From the NCBI RefSeq assembly GCF_964204645.1, contig NC_134035.1:310001-374000 (forward strand): a stretch of DNA of 64,000 bases. The letters run 5' to 3'. The DNA is from Tubulanus polymorphus (Eukaryota; Animalia; Nemertea). The stretch's first letter is position 1, and the number at the start of each line of letters is the position of its first letter. Shown here one piece after another: positions 48,512-62,669 of this stretch. Below the pieces are notes generated by a model that was not told where the DNA came from, searched no databases, and was given only the letters and a program-made list of their open reading frames with translations. The position numbers and the translations under genes are program-made.

Positions 48512-48942
48512 TGAGAGGTTGAGGGAGGATGGGGTGAGAGGTTGGGGGAGGATGGGATGAGAGGTTGGGGAGGATGGGGTGAGAGGTTGAGGGAGTATGG
48601 GGTGAGAGGTTGGGGGAGGATGTGGTGAGGGGTTGGGGAGGATGGGGTGATAGGTGGAGGAGGATGGGGTGAGAGGTTGGGGGAGGATGGGGTGAGAGGT
48701 TGAGGGAGGATGGGGTGAGAGGTTGGGGAGGATGGGGTGAGAGGTTGAGAGAGGATGGGGTGAGAGGTTGGGGAGGGTGGGTTGAGAGGTTGGGGAGGGT
48801 GGGTTGAGAGGTTGAGGGAGGGTGGGGTGAGAGGTTGAGAGAGGATGGGGTGAGAGGTAAGGGAGGGTGGGTTGAGAGGTTGGGGAGGGTGGGTTGAGAG
48901 GTTGAGGGAGGGTCGGGTGAGAGGTTGAGGGAGGATGGGTGA
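48512..48942. repeat. G-rich 22-23 bp minisatellite (gagaggttgggggaggatggggt), ~19 copies; paralog at ~52063-52210 with ~6 copies
   Basis: Direct inspection. Confidence 0.93.
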
Positions 48943-49598
48943 AAAGGGAAGCAAAACAGTACAATAACTCTGACATAGTAAAGGCTTAAGCAAAAGTTTT
49001 CAGCAGTTTTCAGTCACACTGGATTAACAGATTCACGTTTTACACAAGAGCCCAGCCTGTGGCAGTGGAAGAAAGCTGGTGTAACCTGCTGAACAAGATG
49101 TGGTGCTGGAGGAAGTTAAAGAACAGTTCATCAAGATTTGTGAAACTATCGCCTGCTGCACCATGTGCAATGCAAGCGGCTAGGGTAGTGCGGCCCGTGT
49201 AGGCTAGAAAGTGGTTTTTGAAACCGAGTGAGGTCCCTGTTCGTGTTAGCCTAGCACCTAGCCGTCGTTACCCAAACAACCCGGAACCCGTAGTAACAAC
49301 AACTGACTGATTCAGACTAAATTTGAGTAGGTCCCGGCCTCCACTGACTGTCGTGAAGTGTCTGCGAAGTCACTGGAGTGAGGTCCCCCTAAACTGTGTG
49401 TACCTGAGGACATGAAAATGAAATATCAAGCATGAATTTTTATCTTTTTTACCAATATCGAAATTCGTACATTTAGAATCAGCGTGGCTTTAAAGTCTTT
49501 ATCAATTGAGGGAATAGTTCACTGTAAATAAAGAATTAGCGATTGAATTGAGCCCGCTCCACAGTAAAATAGCGCGATTAATTCAATCTCGACCGTCT

Positions 49599-50214
49599 AG
49601 TGCTGCCGCTATGTATAACGATAGCGTGGAAAATGTGAACTAACATAATACTCGCTTGCCAGAGTCTTTGAACGGCAGGAGTGGACGAACTAATTACCGA
49701 TTGGCGGGCCGGATTCCGAGGAAAATTCTCAAACTCTGAAAACTGCTCTGAAACGTTCGAACCAAACAATTTTTCTATAAGAGAATGAGCCTTAAAAGAG
49801 TTAATTTGAATCGGGGTATTTCTAGTATGGTCTGGGAGAGAGCGACAGGTGTTTGTAAGTTCCCTGTTTATTTGCGCGTAAATAGAATATATCGAAGAAG
49901 AAATATTGACATTTTGTCAATTCTGATGATATATTATCATTAAAAAATGAAAATGAATAATTTATTCTGTATACAAATACTATATTTATTGATAAGTAAG
50001 TGAATTTTAGCTAAAAAAAATTAAATATGTTACCTAAAAATAAGGAAATATCATACAAAATTCAGAACGTATTCATAGTATCATATTTAATCAGAATTAG
50101 ACGACACACTGGTCTGTATTGTACGTAATAAGGACATTTAAATTCCGGCGGTAAATATGCGCTACTATTTTAGTTCACAGAAATTCCGCTATCGTTATTC
50201 ATAGGGGCAGCACT
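49599..50214. mobile_element. Segment bounded by a ~55-bp imperfect inverted repeat (second copy 52627-53230)
   Basis: agtgctgccgctatgtataacgatagcg..tgtgaactaa ... ttagttcacag..cgctatcgttattcataggggcagcact. Confidence 0.55.
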
Positions 50215-53200
50215 GTACGGTAAATATCTAACTCATCCTCGCTATGTTACTGTGGCATGCGAGCAATACAGATATTTTTCTTAGCCGATTTCGTTGATTT
50301 TCTAATACGATTCCATTGTATATGAATAATTCTACTATCGTTTAAGGTTTTTAGAAGGGGATTCTCTTTTTAAAACGAATTTCAAACCGTTTGTGATAGA
50401 ACTCTTTTGTCTGCGGAATGTATTAGCATCCATCAAAGCGCTAAGCTCACATGCCAAAGGAAGAATTTCAAGCAAATTAAATTTTATTCTCTAAAATAGT
50501 GCATTCAACTACCACTATTCACTGTAACCAGAAATAATGCTCGGAAACTATTAAAGAAGAGTAAATTTGAAGTCAAGTTCTCCCAATATTTGTTCGTTTG
50601 TTTGTTTATCCTCCCGGTGAGTTCTAACACTGCCAACACATATTTATCCAGTTCATCTGATCCTGATCATCAAACTCAAAAAGTCAATAATTCCATCCTA
50701 ATGATGAGAAACATCCTAAAAGATATAAATGAAACTTAATAGATTTGAGGCCACCAAACAGTTATACACAGTGTAAGAGTTAAGTCTAGTTACCGGTATA
50801 TCAGAGAAATGGCAATCTAAGGTAGGCTACTCCCCAAAATGAGTGTCAGGGGTCAAATATTTTTTGTCTCCGATTTTGATGAAATTCCGGTTAGACATGT
50901 ATTCTGGGGTGCTGATCACAAATCTGAACGAATTTTTCGGATCTGAGGCCCAGAAAATGATAAATTCGAATTATTGGGGGACCCCCCTAAATTTTCAAAA
51001 GGCCTTGGACCCCAGAGTTTTTGAGATATTCAAAATCTGATTGCAGATTTGGAATCAGCACCCTTGACAATATAAATGACTGAAATTTCAAGCAAATCGA
51101 AGAGATTCGATTTTTTGGCAAAAAATGGCAAAAATCTAAGGTGTGTTAGTCCAGGAGTTTTTTTTCGGCGAAAAATTTTTTTTCTCTGATTCCTTCGAAA
51201 TTTGGTAGGAATATGTATTCTGAGGTGTAGATTCCGGATCCGCAATCAGATTTTGAATCAGAATTCATCTTCATGGGCAAATAAGGGTTTTAATGCCCAA
51301 AATATGCACCCCAAAAATGGGGTACAAAGTCAAAATATTTTTTTGGCCCAATTTTAATAAAATTTAGTGCAGACATGTTTTTTGGGGTGCTGGTTACAAA
51401 TATGAGGTTAGATTTAGGATCCGAGGCTCCTAAAATGAGATATTCAGGATTTTGTGTTTTGACCCCCTTAATTTCGTCACAAATTTTGATGAAATTCGCC
51501 CGCGAAATTCGGTCCAAAAACGATTTTTATTCAATGATGTCAAATATTCAATTAATTTTTAATATTTAATTAATTTTTAAGGTAGAAATTGATGCTCTTA
51601 CTAAAAACCCTGAATTATAATTCCTGCAACACAATTACAGCCTGCTTCAAATAACCACATTGACAATTCTTATGAAATGCAGTGAACAGTGTTTACAGAT
51701 AAACTGCTTTCTCATAATTGTTTCGGAAACTTTTAAGAAATTCTACTCACACTCACCAGCCCTTGTCTAGCAGTAATGGTAGTCCACCGAGTCCCACAAA
51801 TCCACAGAGTTCAACACCTCCTGAAGTCCACCACTGACTGTTTTTTATGAGTATCAATCTAAATGGTCCTAAATGGACTAAATGGTCCGGTTAGTTCACA
51901 TATAGTCTGGTTAGTTCACTAGTAGTCCGGAAGAAGTAAAACTGTGATAAATTTCAGTTGAAGTCCACCACATCCAGTATTCGTGATGAAGTTTACACCA
52001 CAGCCCGACAGAGGAAAACCTGAAATACTAAAATTGAAATCACATTAACAGGGAGACTGACTGAGAGGTTGGGGGAGGATGGGGTGAGAGGTTGGGGAGG
52101 ATGGGGTGAGAGGTTGAGGGAGGATGGGGCGAGAGGTTGGGGACAATGGGATGATGAGGTTGGGTGAGGTTGAAGGAGGATGGGGTGAGAGGTTGAGGAA
52201 GGATGGGTGAAAAGGGGAGCAAAACAGTACAATTACTCTGACATAGTAGCCTAAAGGCTTCAGCAAAGGTTTTCAGCAGTTTTCAGTCCCCTGGTCACAC
52301 TGGTTTAACAGATTCTCGTTTTTCACAAGAGCCCAGCCTGTGGCAGGGAGAAAGCCATTGTAACTAACTGGTCGAGTCAGGGCCTGACTAGTGTGTCGTG
52401 ACGTGTTTGCGGTGGAGTGAGGTCTCCCTGTGCGTCCCCGGGGCCCTGAGTACATAAAATATGATGAATTCTTATCATTTTACCCAATTCAAAAGTCGTA
52501 CATTTAAAATCATCGTGGCTTTAAAGTCTTTATCAATTGAGGGAATAGTTCACTGTAAATAAAGAATTAGCGATTGAATTGAGCCCGCTCCACAGTAAAA
52601 ATAGTGCGATCTAATCTTGACCATCTAGTGCTGCCCCTATGTATAACGATAGCGTGGAAAACGTGAACTAACATAATACTCGCTTGCCAGAGTCTTCGAA
52701 CGGCCGTAGTGGACGAACTAATTACCGATTTGCGGGCCGGATTCCGAGGAAATTTCTCAAACTCTGAAAACTGCTCTGAAACATCTGGCCAAACAATTTT
52801 TCTATGAAAGAATAAGCCTTGAAAGAGTACTTTTGAATCGGGGTATTTCTAGTATGGTCTGGGAGAGAGCGACAGGTGTTTGTATGTTCCCTGATTATTT
52901 CTGCGCAATTAGAATATATCGAAGAAAAAATATGGACATTTTGTCAATTTTATCATTCAAAAATGTAAACGAATAAGTTATTCTGTATATAAATACTACA
53001 TTAATTGATAGGTAAGTGAATTTTAGCTAAAAGAATTAAATATGTTACCTAAAAAATTAGGAAATATCATACAAAATTCAGAACGTTTTCATAGTATCAT
53101 ATTCAATCAGAATTAGGCGCCACACTGGTCCGTATCGTACGTAATAAGGAAATTTAAATTCCGGCGGTAAATATGCACTACTATTTTAGTTCACAGAAAT

Positions 53201-55248
53201 TCCGCTACCGTAATTCATAGGGGCAGCACTGTACGGTAGATATCTAACTCGGCCTCGCTATCTTACTGTGGAATGCGAGTAATAAAGAGATTTTTCTTAG
53301 CCGAATTTCGTTCAATGTTTAATACGATTCCATTGTATATGAATAATTCTACTGTCGTTTAAGGTTTTTTGAAGGGGATCATCCTTTTAAAACGAATTTC
53401 AAACCATTTTTGATAGAACTGTTTTGTCAGCGGAATGTATTAGCATCCGGTAAAGCGATAGGCTCACATGCCAAAGGAAGAATTCTGAGCAAATTAAATT
53501 TTATTCTCTAAAATAGTGCATTCAACTACCACTAACACTGTAACCAGAAAAAATGCTCTGAAACTATTAAAGGAACAACTTTCTATGAAAGAATTAGGCT
53601 TAAGAGTAAATTTGAATCGGGGATATTCCTAGTTTCGTCCGGGAGAGAACGACAGGTTCTAGATGCCACACAGTTTTTTTTCAGTTGCCCTGTTTTTAGT
53701 TCAAAAGCAAATCGGTAGTGTCACATATTTAGTCCTCGTAAAGTTCACTATAACTGACGTCAAGTTCTCCCAATATTTGTTCGATTGTTTGTTTATCCTC
53801 TCGGTGAGTTCTAACGCTTGCCAACATCCAGTTCGATGTAGTCCTGATCAACAAACAAAAATGTCAATATATAGTTCCTAATGATGACAAACATCCTAAA
53901 AACAGACATGAGTCATTTTGGCCAAATTTTCATCTTCAGGAAAAATGTGGTAATGTATTCTGATGGTGAAGAGTAAGAAGTGAATGGTGATTGTGACCAA
54001 TTCTTGCTAAACTTGCGAAAACATTCCAAATTTAGACACATTACTTAGAGCTTCAAATTTCCACTCAGCAAAATTGATCCAAGATGGTTTAGATATCGTC
54101 ATACATGTATAGATCCCTCCAGTGGTGTATAGTAAAGTATCTGTATATTTTGTCAATAACTTTCATGTCACCAATGTTTTCAAAATGTTTTTATTTCTAT
54201 CTCGATTAACAAAATTATTTTTCCCCATTTACCATGTAAATGGTAGGCGAGTAATGGAATTATCTTGGCGATCTGGTTTTAACTACTCTTCTGTTCAAAA
54301 TGGTTTTAGCATTATATTTTTTTTCACTTTAAACATTTCAACCAGTTCACCATAGATCAACAAGGGAGAGGAAATTCAGAATAAGCTCTATAGAGAAGGG
54401 ATGTGCTTGGGGTCTATATCCCGAAGTGCTGGAGTTACATCTTCTTTCTTCACTTTTCCAAGATAAAACCAATGAATAAAAAGAAATTCATGGGGTTGGA
54501 TCATTCATAGCTATTGGATTTTATCCTCTTTCATTCATTTTTCACCTTCTGCTGTTCACAAATAAAATCCCGTTTTGAGAACAAAAATCCAAATGAACAA
54601 ACAACAAATATCAAACAATCATAAAAGGTCATGTTTTTCCAAATGAATTTAAACATATAAATACATCTCTATCTACATTTTTAGAACACACGTGTTTATA
54701 TGTAATCGTGTTCAAAATTATATACACTCTAACTCTTCAATGAAAATGAAAACATACAAAGTTTACATGACTTAATTAGACTTTGCCTGTTTAACATATT
54801 ATAAAAATGAGATCATATGAAATCGCGAGTAGCTATTTATTATCACTGCTAGTTTCTATTTAATAGATTGAATATATAACCCGAGTAACCATCATCAGTA
54901 TCAGTGCAAATCACAAAATACTGATAAAATCTTCCAACAAAATCACCCTCACGATTTTTATAAGTTTTATCTTTGTAACCTAGACAAACCTGGACTGTGA
55001 AAAACTGGAATGTTTCACAATCACAAAAACACAATCATAATATTTCAACATCAAGCCACTAGAAAAACAGGAATGTTTCAGAATCATCAAATTTTTCCCT
55101 TTACGGTTTTAATATAACTGTATTCATTATACAACAGTTTATCAAGATCTTTCTGTATCACAAGAAAAATCACACAAAATTCATCGTATATTTCCACATC
55201 AAATACTTCTATTTTATCGCTTGAACAACCTGAGTAATTATATATCAG

Positions 55249-55253
<5 letters not shown>

Positions 55254-55297
<44 letters not shown>
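55254..55297. repeat. (TA)n microsatellite
   Basis: Direct inspection. Confidence 0.95.
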
Positions 55298-55301
<4 letters not shown>

Positions 55302-56431
55302 ATATCTAGTGGCACGGAATGCAATTCACAAAATAGTAACATTTTTCAACAAAATCACCTCACTGTTCTATATCTTATTCTTGTAACCTAAACCATATTC
55401 CTATGCGGACTTTCGTAACCTGACCTTGAAACCTTAAATGAGGAAAATTCTTATAACAAGAAAAACGGGAATGTTTCATAATCACAAAAATCATCATAGT
55501 ACTTCCGCATTTAAATCTATTTATGCCACACCACTGGAAAAACAGGAATATTTCAAAATCATCAGATTTCTTCCTTCATGGTTTAACACTGTTTAACACA
55601 GTATCTAAATCTAATTGTTTCACAAAAATGTTTCCTATATTTTCACGCACAACAGTTTATCAAAATCTGTATCAAAATTTCTTTCAATGATTATTCCATT
55701 TCTTCATTTTACAGTTTTAATCGTATATCACTGTGTTTATCAGAATTTTTGTCAACTCTTTTCTTACAGCTACAAAACATTTTTCGACCAACACAAACTT
55801 CACACAAGTAATTCATAATCTCCTTTTCAATGAAATATCTATACCATAGATTTCTATAGTCTATTCAAAATTTCTATTACTCTATCTAGGTTTCTTCATT
55901 TTTCAGCAGTTTTTCACCGATCGACTCAAGAATTAAAGTCAATCAACTTCGATCAAACATTAAAGATTATTTGATAGATATTCAACCACACTAAAACAAC
56001 ATGAAACGCTTTAAATCAATCTCTTGAATAGAATCGTATTCATAATTCGACAATTCAGTTTATTTTCAGTTATTCACTTTTCTATGTCCAGTCCATCATA
56101 ATAAATATTCTAACTTCTAAAATTTACTGATTTACAATTCAATTATTCACCAAATATCCTAATAATATTCACCACAATCTCTAAACTCAAATTATTGACA
56201 GATCAACAGTTCAGTAATTCATCTACGTTTGTCTAAATCCTATTTCAGTGACTTCAAATTTGTAATCAAATATCACATATAAACCTGCACTAGATTATTC
56301 TAAACTTGACTCAACTGTTAACTACCCGGTATTCGATTTATGTTTGTATTATTCAAATCTGTTAATTCAACTGCTTCTTCACAATATTCTTTTCTTATTG
56401 TCTAAGATATTTATGCCTTATTTTCTTAGAA

Positions 56432-56643
56432 ATTTTTTTTTCTTTTCTTACAATAATATATTTTTTTCCTTTCTTACAATAATATATCTTTTCCTTTCTT
56501 ACAATAATATATCTTTTCCTTTCTTACAATGATATATTTTTTTCCTTTCTTACAATAATATATCTTTTCTTTTCTTACAATTTATTTTTTCTTTTCTTAC
56601 AATAATAATATATTTTTTCTTTTCTTACAATAATATATTTTTT
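56432..56643. repeat. AT-rich ~27-bp minisatellite (ttttcctttcttacaataatatat)
   Basis: ~7 degenerate copies. Confidence 0.85.
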
Positions 56644-57117
56644 CGATAATTCAAGCTTTAATGTTATCTTTTAGGTTTCTCAAAATATGTTTTATGTTTA
56701 ACATATCTCTCTTTATGTTTCCTACAATTTATTTTCTAATCATCTAAAATATCAATCCAAGTTTTTTTTTTTTCGAATACAAATATTTTTCAACCACTAA
56801 AATCCTGTAGTCGTCGTTGCTGAAGTTGTCGTCATCGTCGATGAAGCGTTTACGAATTTTAAAACGAGTCTAATTACGCGAAGTAACCAAACGTAGTAAC
56901 GAACGAACGAACGAGGCGATTCAGCTCCCTTAACTCCTTCCACTACCCGATTACACAACGTACACTTTCAACCAAATTTTTCTTTCTGGAAAATATCTCG
57001 AGATCGCAAGCGAGAAGGAACGCTAGCGAGTAATTTGTGCACTGGAACGTTTTTGATTCGACCTGTTTCGTTATTACTCGCGATCGTGACGTATTGGACT
57101 ATATACGACAGCCCTAT

Positions 57118-57244
57118 GACAGATAGCGGGTTACTGGATCTACGACAGATAGCGGGTTACTGGATCTACGACAGATAGCGGGTTACTGGATCTACGACAG
57201 ATAGCGGGTTACTGGATCTACGACAGATAGCGGGTTACTTGATC
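57118..57244. repeat. 26-bp minisatellite (gacagatagcgggttactggatctac), ~4.9 copies
   Basis: Direct inspection. Confidence 0.93.
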
Positions 57245-57595
57245 CTTGGTGTCTCAACTCAGTTCGTCTCGTTTCTTTGTTACTGATGAACATGACGTAT
57301 TGTATCATATAAGCCTTTTCGCTGTGGGTATCATTCAACTTTCATACTCGATATCGCATTGTATGAGACGGTCCCGTAAGACTGGATAGCATAGCAGGTG
57401 ACTCTCACGCATTTATATCAGACAGTCTCTTGACTGATAACAGCAAACCTGATGTTTCGATAGATTGAATTGTTTCTATGTTACTTTACATCGCAAGATT
57501 GATGTTTTGTAATCACATTGGTTTGGTACATTTTTTTCTGAATGCGATTTTTCACACTGTTCGGCACATCCTGCTTTACAGTTCATATCATAAAA

Positions 57596-60500
57596 GCAGC
57601 AAATTGTAGAAACTGAAAAACAACAAAATAATCAAAATATAAATATAGATTTCAATCCGATCAAAATATTACAAAGCAACAAAGTAATTCAAATACAAGG
57701 AATTATGAGAAAGTAATATTTACCTGATTTGCTTGAGTTGTTTGTCCAGTTGATGGAACTGATAGCGATACCGTCCACGAGACGCAACTGATAGCAATAC
57801 TGTCCACGAGACGCAACTGATAGCGATACCGTCCACGAGACGCAACTGATAGCGTTACTGTCCACGAGATGCAACTGATAGCGATACCGTCCACGAGATG
57901 CAACTGATAGCAATATAGTGGATTTTGATTGATCAGATTTGTTCACACTGTACGACGTTGTTTTTGCGAAGCAGTGTTTTCCGGTTCATAGTAACAACAG
58001 CAAATTGGAGAAACTGAAATGATAAAACAAAATATAAATACAGATTTCAAACACATCAAAATATTACACAAAACTACAAATTTTAAAGTGAGAAGTGATG
58101 AGAAAGATAATTACCTGATTTGCTTGAGTTGTTTGCCCAGTTGACCGTTGAATGTTGGTGGAGTAATAGACTGAATGACTCCAAGATAGAGTTGACATTA
58201 GATCTGACCATTGAGTCGACATTTAGCCGAGAGTAGCGTTGGCCGCAGTTTGAGTTGACAGTACTGAGTTGATCGCAGGGTTAGATGACCACCGCACGTT
58301 GACGGTAAATGATAGCAGTGCCAGTCGATCACGTGGTGAGTTGACAGTAGATTCAGTTGACCACTGCGCGTTGACGGTAAATGATAGCAGAGCGAATCAA
58401 TCGATAGCACGGAGTTGATCACTGACATTAGATCTTACCGGTTTTGAGTAAGTTGACCACTGAACGTGTGGTCATAGAGTGGATGTTGTATCAGGAGTTA
58501 ACGGAGCCAATTAGTTGTTACTATGGTTACTATTGTTGTCCATCGTTGCCATTCCCGTTGTTGTCGTTATCGTCGTTGATTTACAATATATATTTTTTTC
58601 TTACAATATTTTTTTTTTCTTACATAATTTTTTTTCTTTCATTACACAAACGTTTTTTTCCCTTGTTCGAACCTGAGTCGACTGAAATGTCGAACAATGA
58701 ATAATCGTATCACATCGAGATTTTTCATAATTGATTTTGATGAAGTCACATGAGACTTGAAATAATGTTTACAGGTTCGGTCCCTGAAGATACACATTAT
58801 TTCTACTAAACTGAAAAGTGTTAAAGACTTTATCATTTCTAAACACTTCGGGTTCTTTTGAACCGAGCATCAAATGCAAAACATGGAAACTAAAACATAC
58901 ATGATTCCATGAATAAGAAACTCCTTTTAGGATTTTACTTTGATGACAATAAATTTCACAAAAACTTCCCAACAAATTTTCCAAAGTTGAGAAGTTCGAT
59001 ATCAGGTTCAGTTTATGAAGTTATGAATAAGACATAACTTCATAACTGTTGTAGTTTTTGCTGAAAATGAAAGTATTTGATACCAAAAATAGCAGATTTT
59101 GATATCACACAAAACTTGGTAATTTTATAGTGACAGGTTCGGTCCCTGTAAGCCGAGAAATGTTAGAGATTTCTCCTTAGAAATTTTGTACTTGTTCAAA
59201 ACCAGCATCGAATACAAAACATGGAAACTAAAAAGAAATTCCAACAGGAAAATCCTTTCAGTTTCAATAATTTGATGACGATATCTGTAAGAAAAACGAA
59301 TGCCAAATTTCAGAAGTTCAATATCAGGACCAGATCATGAAAATCTATGAATAAGACTTAACTGATACTGTAGTCGTTTTTTGGCTAAAAATGAAAGTAA
59401 TTTGACGTCAAAAAATGGCAATTTAATCAAAAATGATGACGAAATTATCCAGATTTAGAGAGCATTTTGACTGTTGCTCAACGTTGTTTAAAGTTCACCA
59501 TCTGGCTCATTGGTAAGAGTAAACCAGATATAATAATCTGTGCAGTTTCAGGTTCGATTCCTGATGACAATTTCTGAAATTGGAAAAATTTCACAAAGTG
59601 TTTCCAACGTAGACACGAGATTTTATTCACGTGTTTCACTTGAGCTTTTCATTTCAATAAAAATAGGATTCTATTCAGGTAAAATTCCCGAATAATGAAT
59701 GCCTCAAAATAATTTGGTCGTTTTTCAAAAGGCAATTCATTGGAAATCATAGAAGTTTCCTTTGTTAAGTTCAGCTTCGTGAGTTCGAAGACTCAAATCA
59801 TCAAATCTTTCAACTAGAATTAGTAATTAGTACATTGCTTACGCATGATTTAACTTTTTGTGTTAAATCTGAACTCAGAACCCTATAGAACTGCGTCCTG
59901 CCGTTTAGTAATACATCATTATCATCCAGAATGATTTATCCATTTACAGGTTCAAATCCTGTTGGCAAGAAAATTGAATTAGGCAAATAACTGAGATTCC
60001 ATATTTAAATTCTGAAGGAAATGATAGTTTCACGGATCATGGATCAATTTGGTCTCGATTTCAAAGATTTGATAGACAATTTTGATATTTCAATATGGAA
60101 CATTTGATCTCAATTTCATAGGATTGAGACGCACATTTGATCATTTTGGTCTCAATTTCACAGATTTGATATCCAAAATTCTTTGAATATCAATTTCTCT
60201 TGAGTATCGACTTTGCGCTTCGACCGTCCCATATCATAACAGCAGCAAATTGTAGAAACTGAAAAACAACAAAACAATCAAAACATAAATATAGATTTCA
60301 ATCCAATCAAAATGTTACAAATCTATAAAGTAATTCGAATACAAGGAATTATGACAAAGAAATATTTACCTGATTTGCTTGAGTTGTTTGTCCAGTTGGT
60401 GGAACTGATTGCGATACCGTCCACGAGACGCAACTGATAGCGATACTGTCCACGAGATGCAACTGATAGCGATACCGTCCACGAGATGCAACTGATAGCG

Positions 60501-62289
60501 ATACCGTCCACGAGATGCAACTGATAGCGATACCGTCCACGAGACGCAACTGATAGCGATACTGTCCACGAGATGGAACTGATAGTGATACCATCCATGA
60601 GATGCAACTGATAGCAATATACTGGATTTTGATTGATCAGATTTGTTCACACTGTACGACGTTGTTTTTGCGAAGCAGTGTTTTCCGGTTCATAGTAACA
60701 ACAGCACAAATTGGAGAAACTGAAATGATAAAACAAAATATAAATACAGATTTCAAACACATCAAAATATTACACAAAACTACAAATTTTAAAGTGAGAA
60801 GTGATGAGAAAGATAATTACCGGATTTGCTTGAGTTGTTTGCCCAGTTGACCGTTGAATGTTGGTGGAGTAATAAGACTGAATGACTCCAAGATAGAGTT
60901 GACATTAGATCTGACCATTGAGTCGACATTTAGCTGAGAGTAGCGTTGACCGCAGTTTGAGTTGACAGTACTGAGTTGATCGCAGGGTTAGATGACCACT
61001 GCGCGTTGACGGTAAATGATAGAGGAGCGAGTCGATCGCGTGGTGAGTTGACATTAGATTCAGTTGACCACTGCGCGTTGACGGTAAATGATAGCAGAGC
61101 CAGTTTATTACGCGGTGAGTTGACATTAGGTTCAGTTGACCACCGCGCGTTGACGGTAAATGATAGCAGTGCCAGTTTATCACGCGGTGAGTTGACATTA
61201 GGTTCAGTTGACCACTGCGCGTTGACGGTAAATGATAGCAGTGCCAGTTTATCACGCGGTGAGTTGACATTAGGTTCAGTTGACCACTGCGCGTTGACGG
61301 TAAATGATAGCAGTGCCAGTTTATCACGCGGTGAGTTGACATTAGGTTCAGTTGTCCACGAGACGCAACTGATAGCGATACCGTCCACGAGACGCAACTG
61401 ATAGCGATACCGTCCACGAGACGCAACTGATAGCGATACCGTCCACGAGACGCAACTGATAGCGATACCGTCCACGAGATGGAACTGATAGCGATACCGT
61501 CCACGAGATGGAACTGATAGCGATACCGTCCACGAGACGCAACTGATAGCGATACCGTCCACGAGACGCAACTGATAGCAATATAGTGGATTTTGATTGA
61601 TCAGATTTGTTCACACTGTACGACGTTGTTTTTGCGAAGCAGTGTTTTCCGGTTCATAGTAACAACAGCAAATTGGAGAAACTGAAATGATAAAACAAAA
61701 TATAAATACAGATTTCAAACACATCAAAATATTACACAAAACTACACATTTTAAAGTGAGAAGTGATGAGAAAGATAATTACCTGATTTGCTTGAGTTGT
61801 TTGCCCAGTTGACCGTTGAATGTTGGTGGAGTAATAAGACTGAATGACTCCAAGATAGAGTTGACATTAGATCTGACCATTGAGTCGACATTTAGCTGAG
61901 AGTAGCGTTGACCGCAGTTTGAGTTGACAGTACTGAGTTGATTGCAGGGTTAGATGACCACCGCGCGTTGACGGTAAATTATAGCAGTGCCAGTCGATCG
62001 CGTGGTGAGTTGACAGTAGATTCAGTTGACCACCGCGCGTTGACGGTAAATGATAGCAGAGCCAGTTTATCACGCGGTGAGTTGACATTAGGTTCAGTTG
62101 ACCACCGCGCGGTGACGGTAAATGATAGCAGAGCCAGTTTATCACGCGGTGAGTTGACATTAGGTTCAGTTGACCACCGCACGTTGACGGTAAATGATAG
62201 CAGAGCCAGTTTATCAGGCGGTGAGTTGACATTAGGTTCAGTTGACCACCGCGCGTTGACGGTAAATGATAGCAGTGCCAGTCGATCGC
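57596..62289. repeat. Three copies of a composite module [29-mer array]-[~350-bp spacer]-[72-mer array] at ~57596-58432, ~60239-61352 and 61353-62289
   Basis: 29-mer gatagcgataccgtccacgagacgcaact; 72-mer gagttgacattaggttcagttgaccactgcgcgttgacggtaaatgatagcagtgccagtttatcacgcggt; the spacer is nearly identical in all three copies. Confidence 0.92.
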
Positions 62290-62669
62290 TACTTCAATCA
62301 AAACGTAAACGTAGACGATCATAAGCGGAATATCGCGATGGTAGCGGATCCGGGTTCGACGACGACGACGAATCGAGACAAGTAAAAGGATGGTCCGGGT
62401 AAAGCCTTTTTACGAAATACAATCGAACAAAAACCATTTATGATTACAATTAAGCTCCACTGCGGCATAAAAATCCCTCAACTAACCCGTGGTATATCCC
62501 TGAACCAAATAAACAAGAATCCTATATTGGGCGGGTAAAATGTGATAATATGAGAGGAACAAGTTTATCGCGATATCAATATTAAAAAGTTAACAGGGTA
62601 AAACATTTCTTCACAGGAATGTTTTCATGTACAGTAAAAATACCAAGGTTACGCCCTCAGTTACAACTG

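Larger units (their letters stand above)
46984..53900. repeat. Diverged tandem segmental duplication: copy 1 46984-50568, copy 2 50569-~53575, partial third copy ~53650-53900
   Basis: gtcaagttctcccaatatttgttcg recurs near 46984, 50569 and 53756, with colinear content (transposon-like block, G-rich minisatellite, IR element) and scattered substitutions and indels. Confidence 0.92.

Noticed and set aside
44936-48993. Long ORFs (241, 226, 239, 188 and 167 aa)
   Set aside because: All are translations of mini- or microsatellites that lack stop codons in some frames.
53900-54550. Possible decayed LINE/RNase H remnant on the minus strand
   Set aside because: Only vague motif resemblance and many stops.
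59500-59570. tRNA gene (TGGCTCATTGG...GGTTCGATTCC)
   Set aside because: A and B boxes are present but the acceptor stem and anticodon loop are not canonical; at best a degenerate tRNA-derived remnant.
60905-62324. Overlapping 128-213 aa ORFs on both strands
   Set aside because: Translations of the 29-mer and 72-mer arrays.
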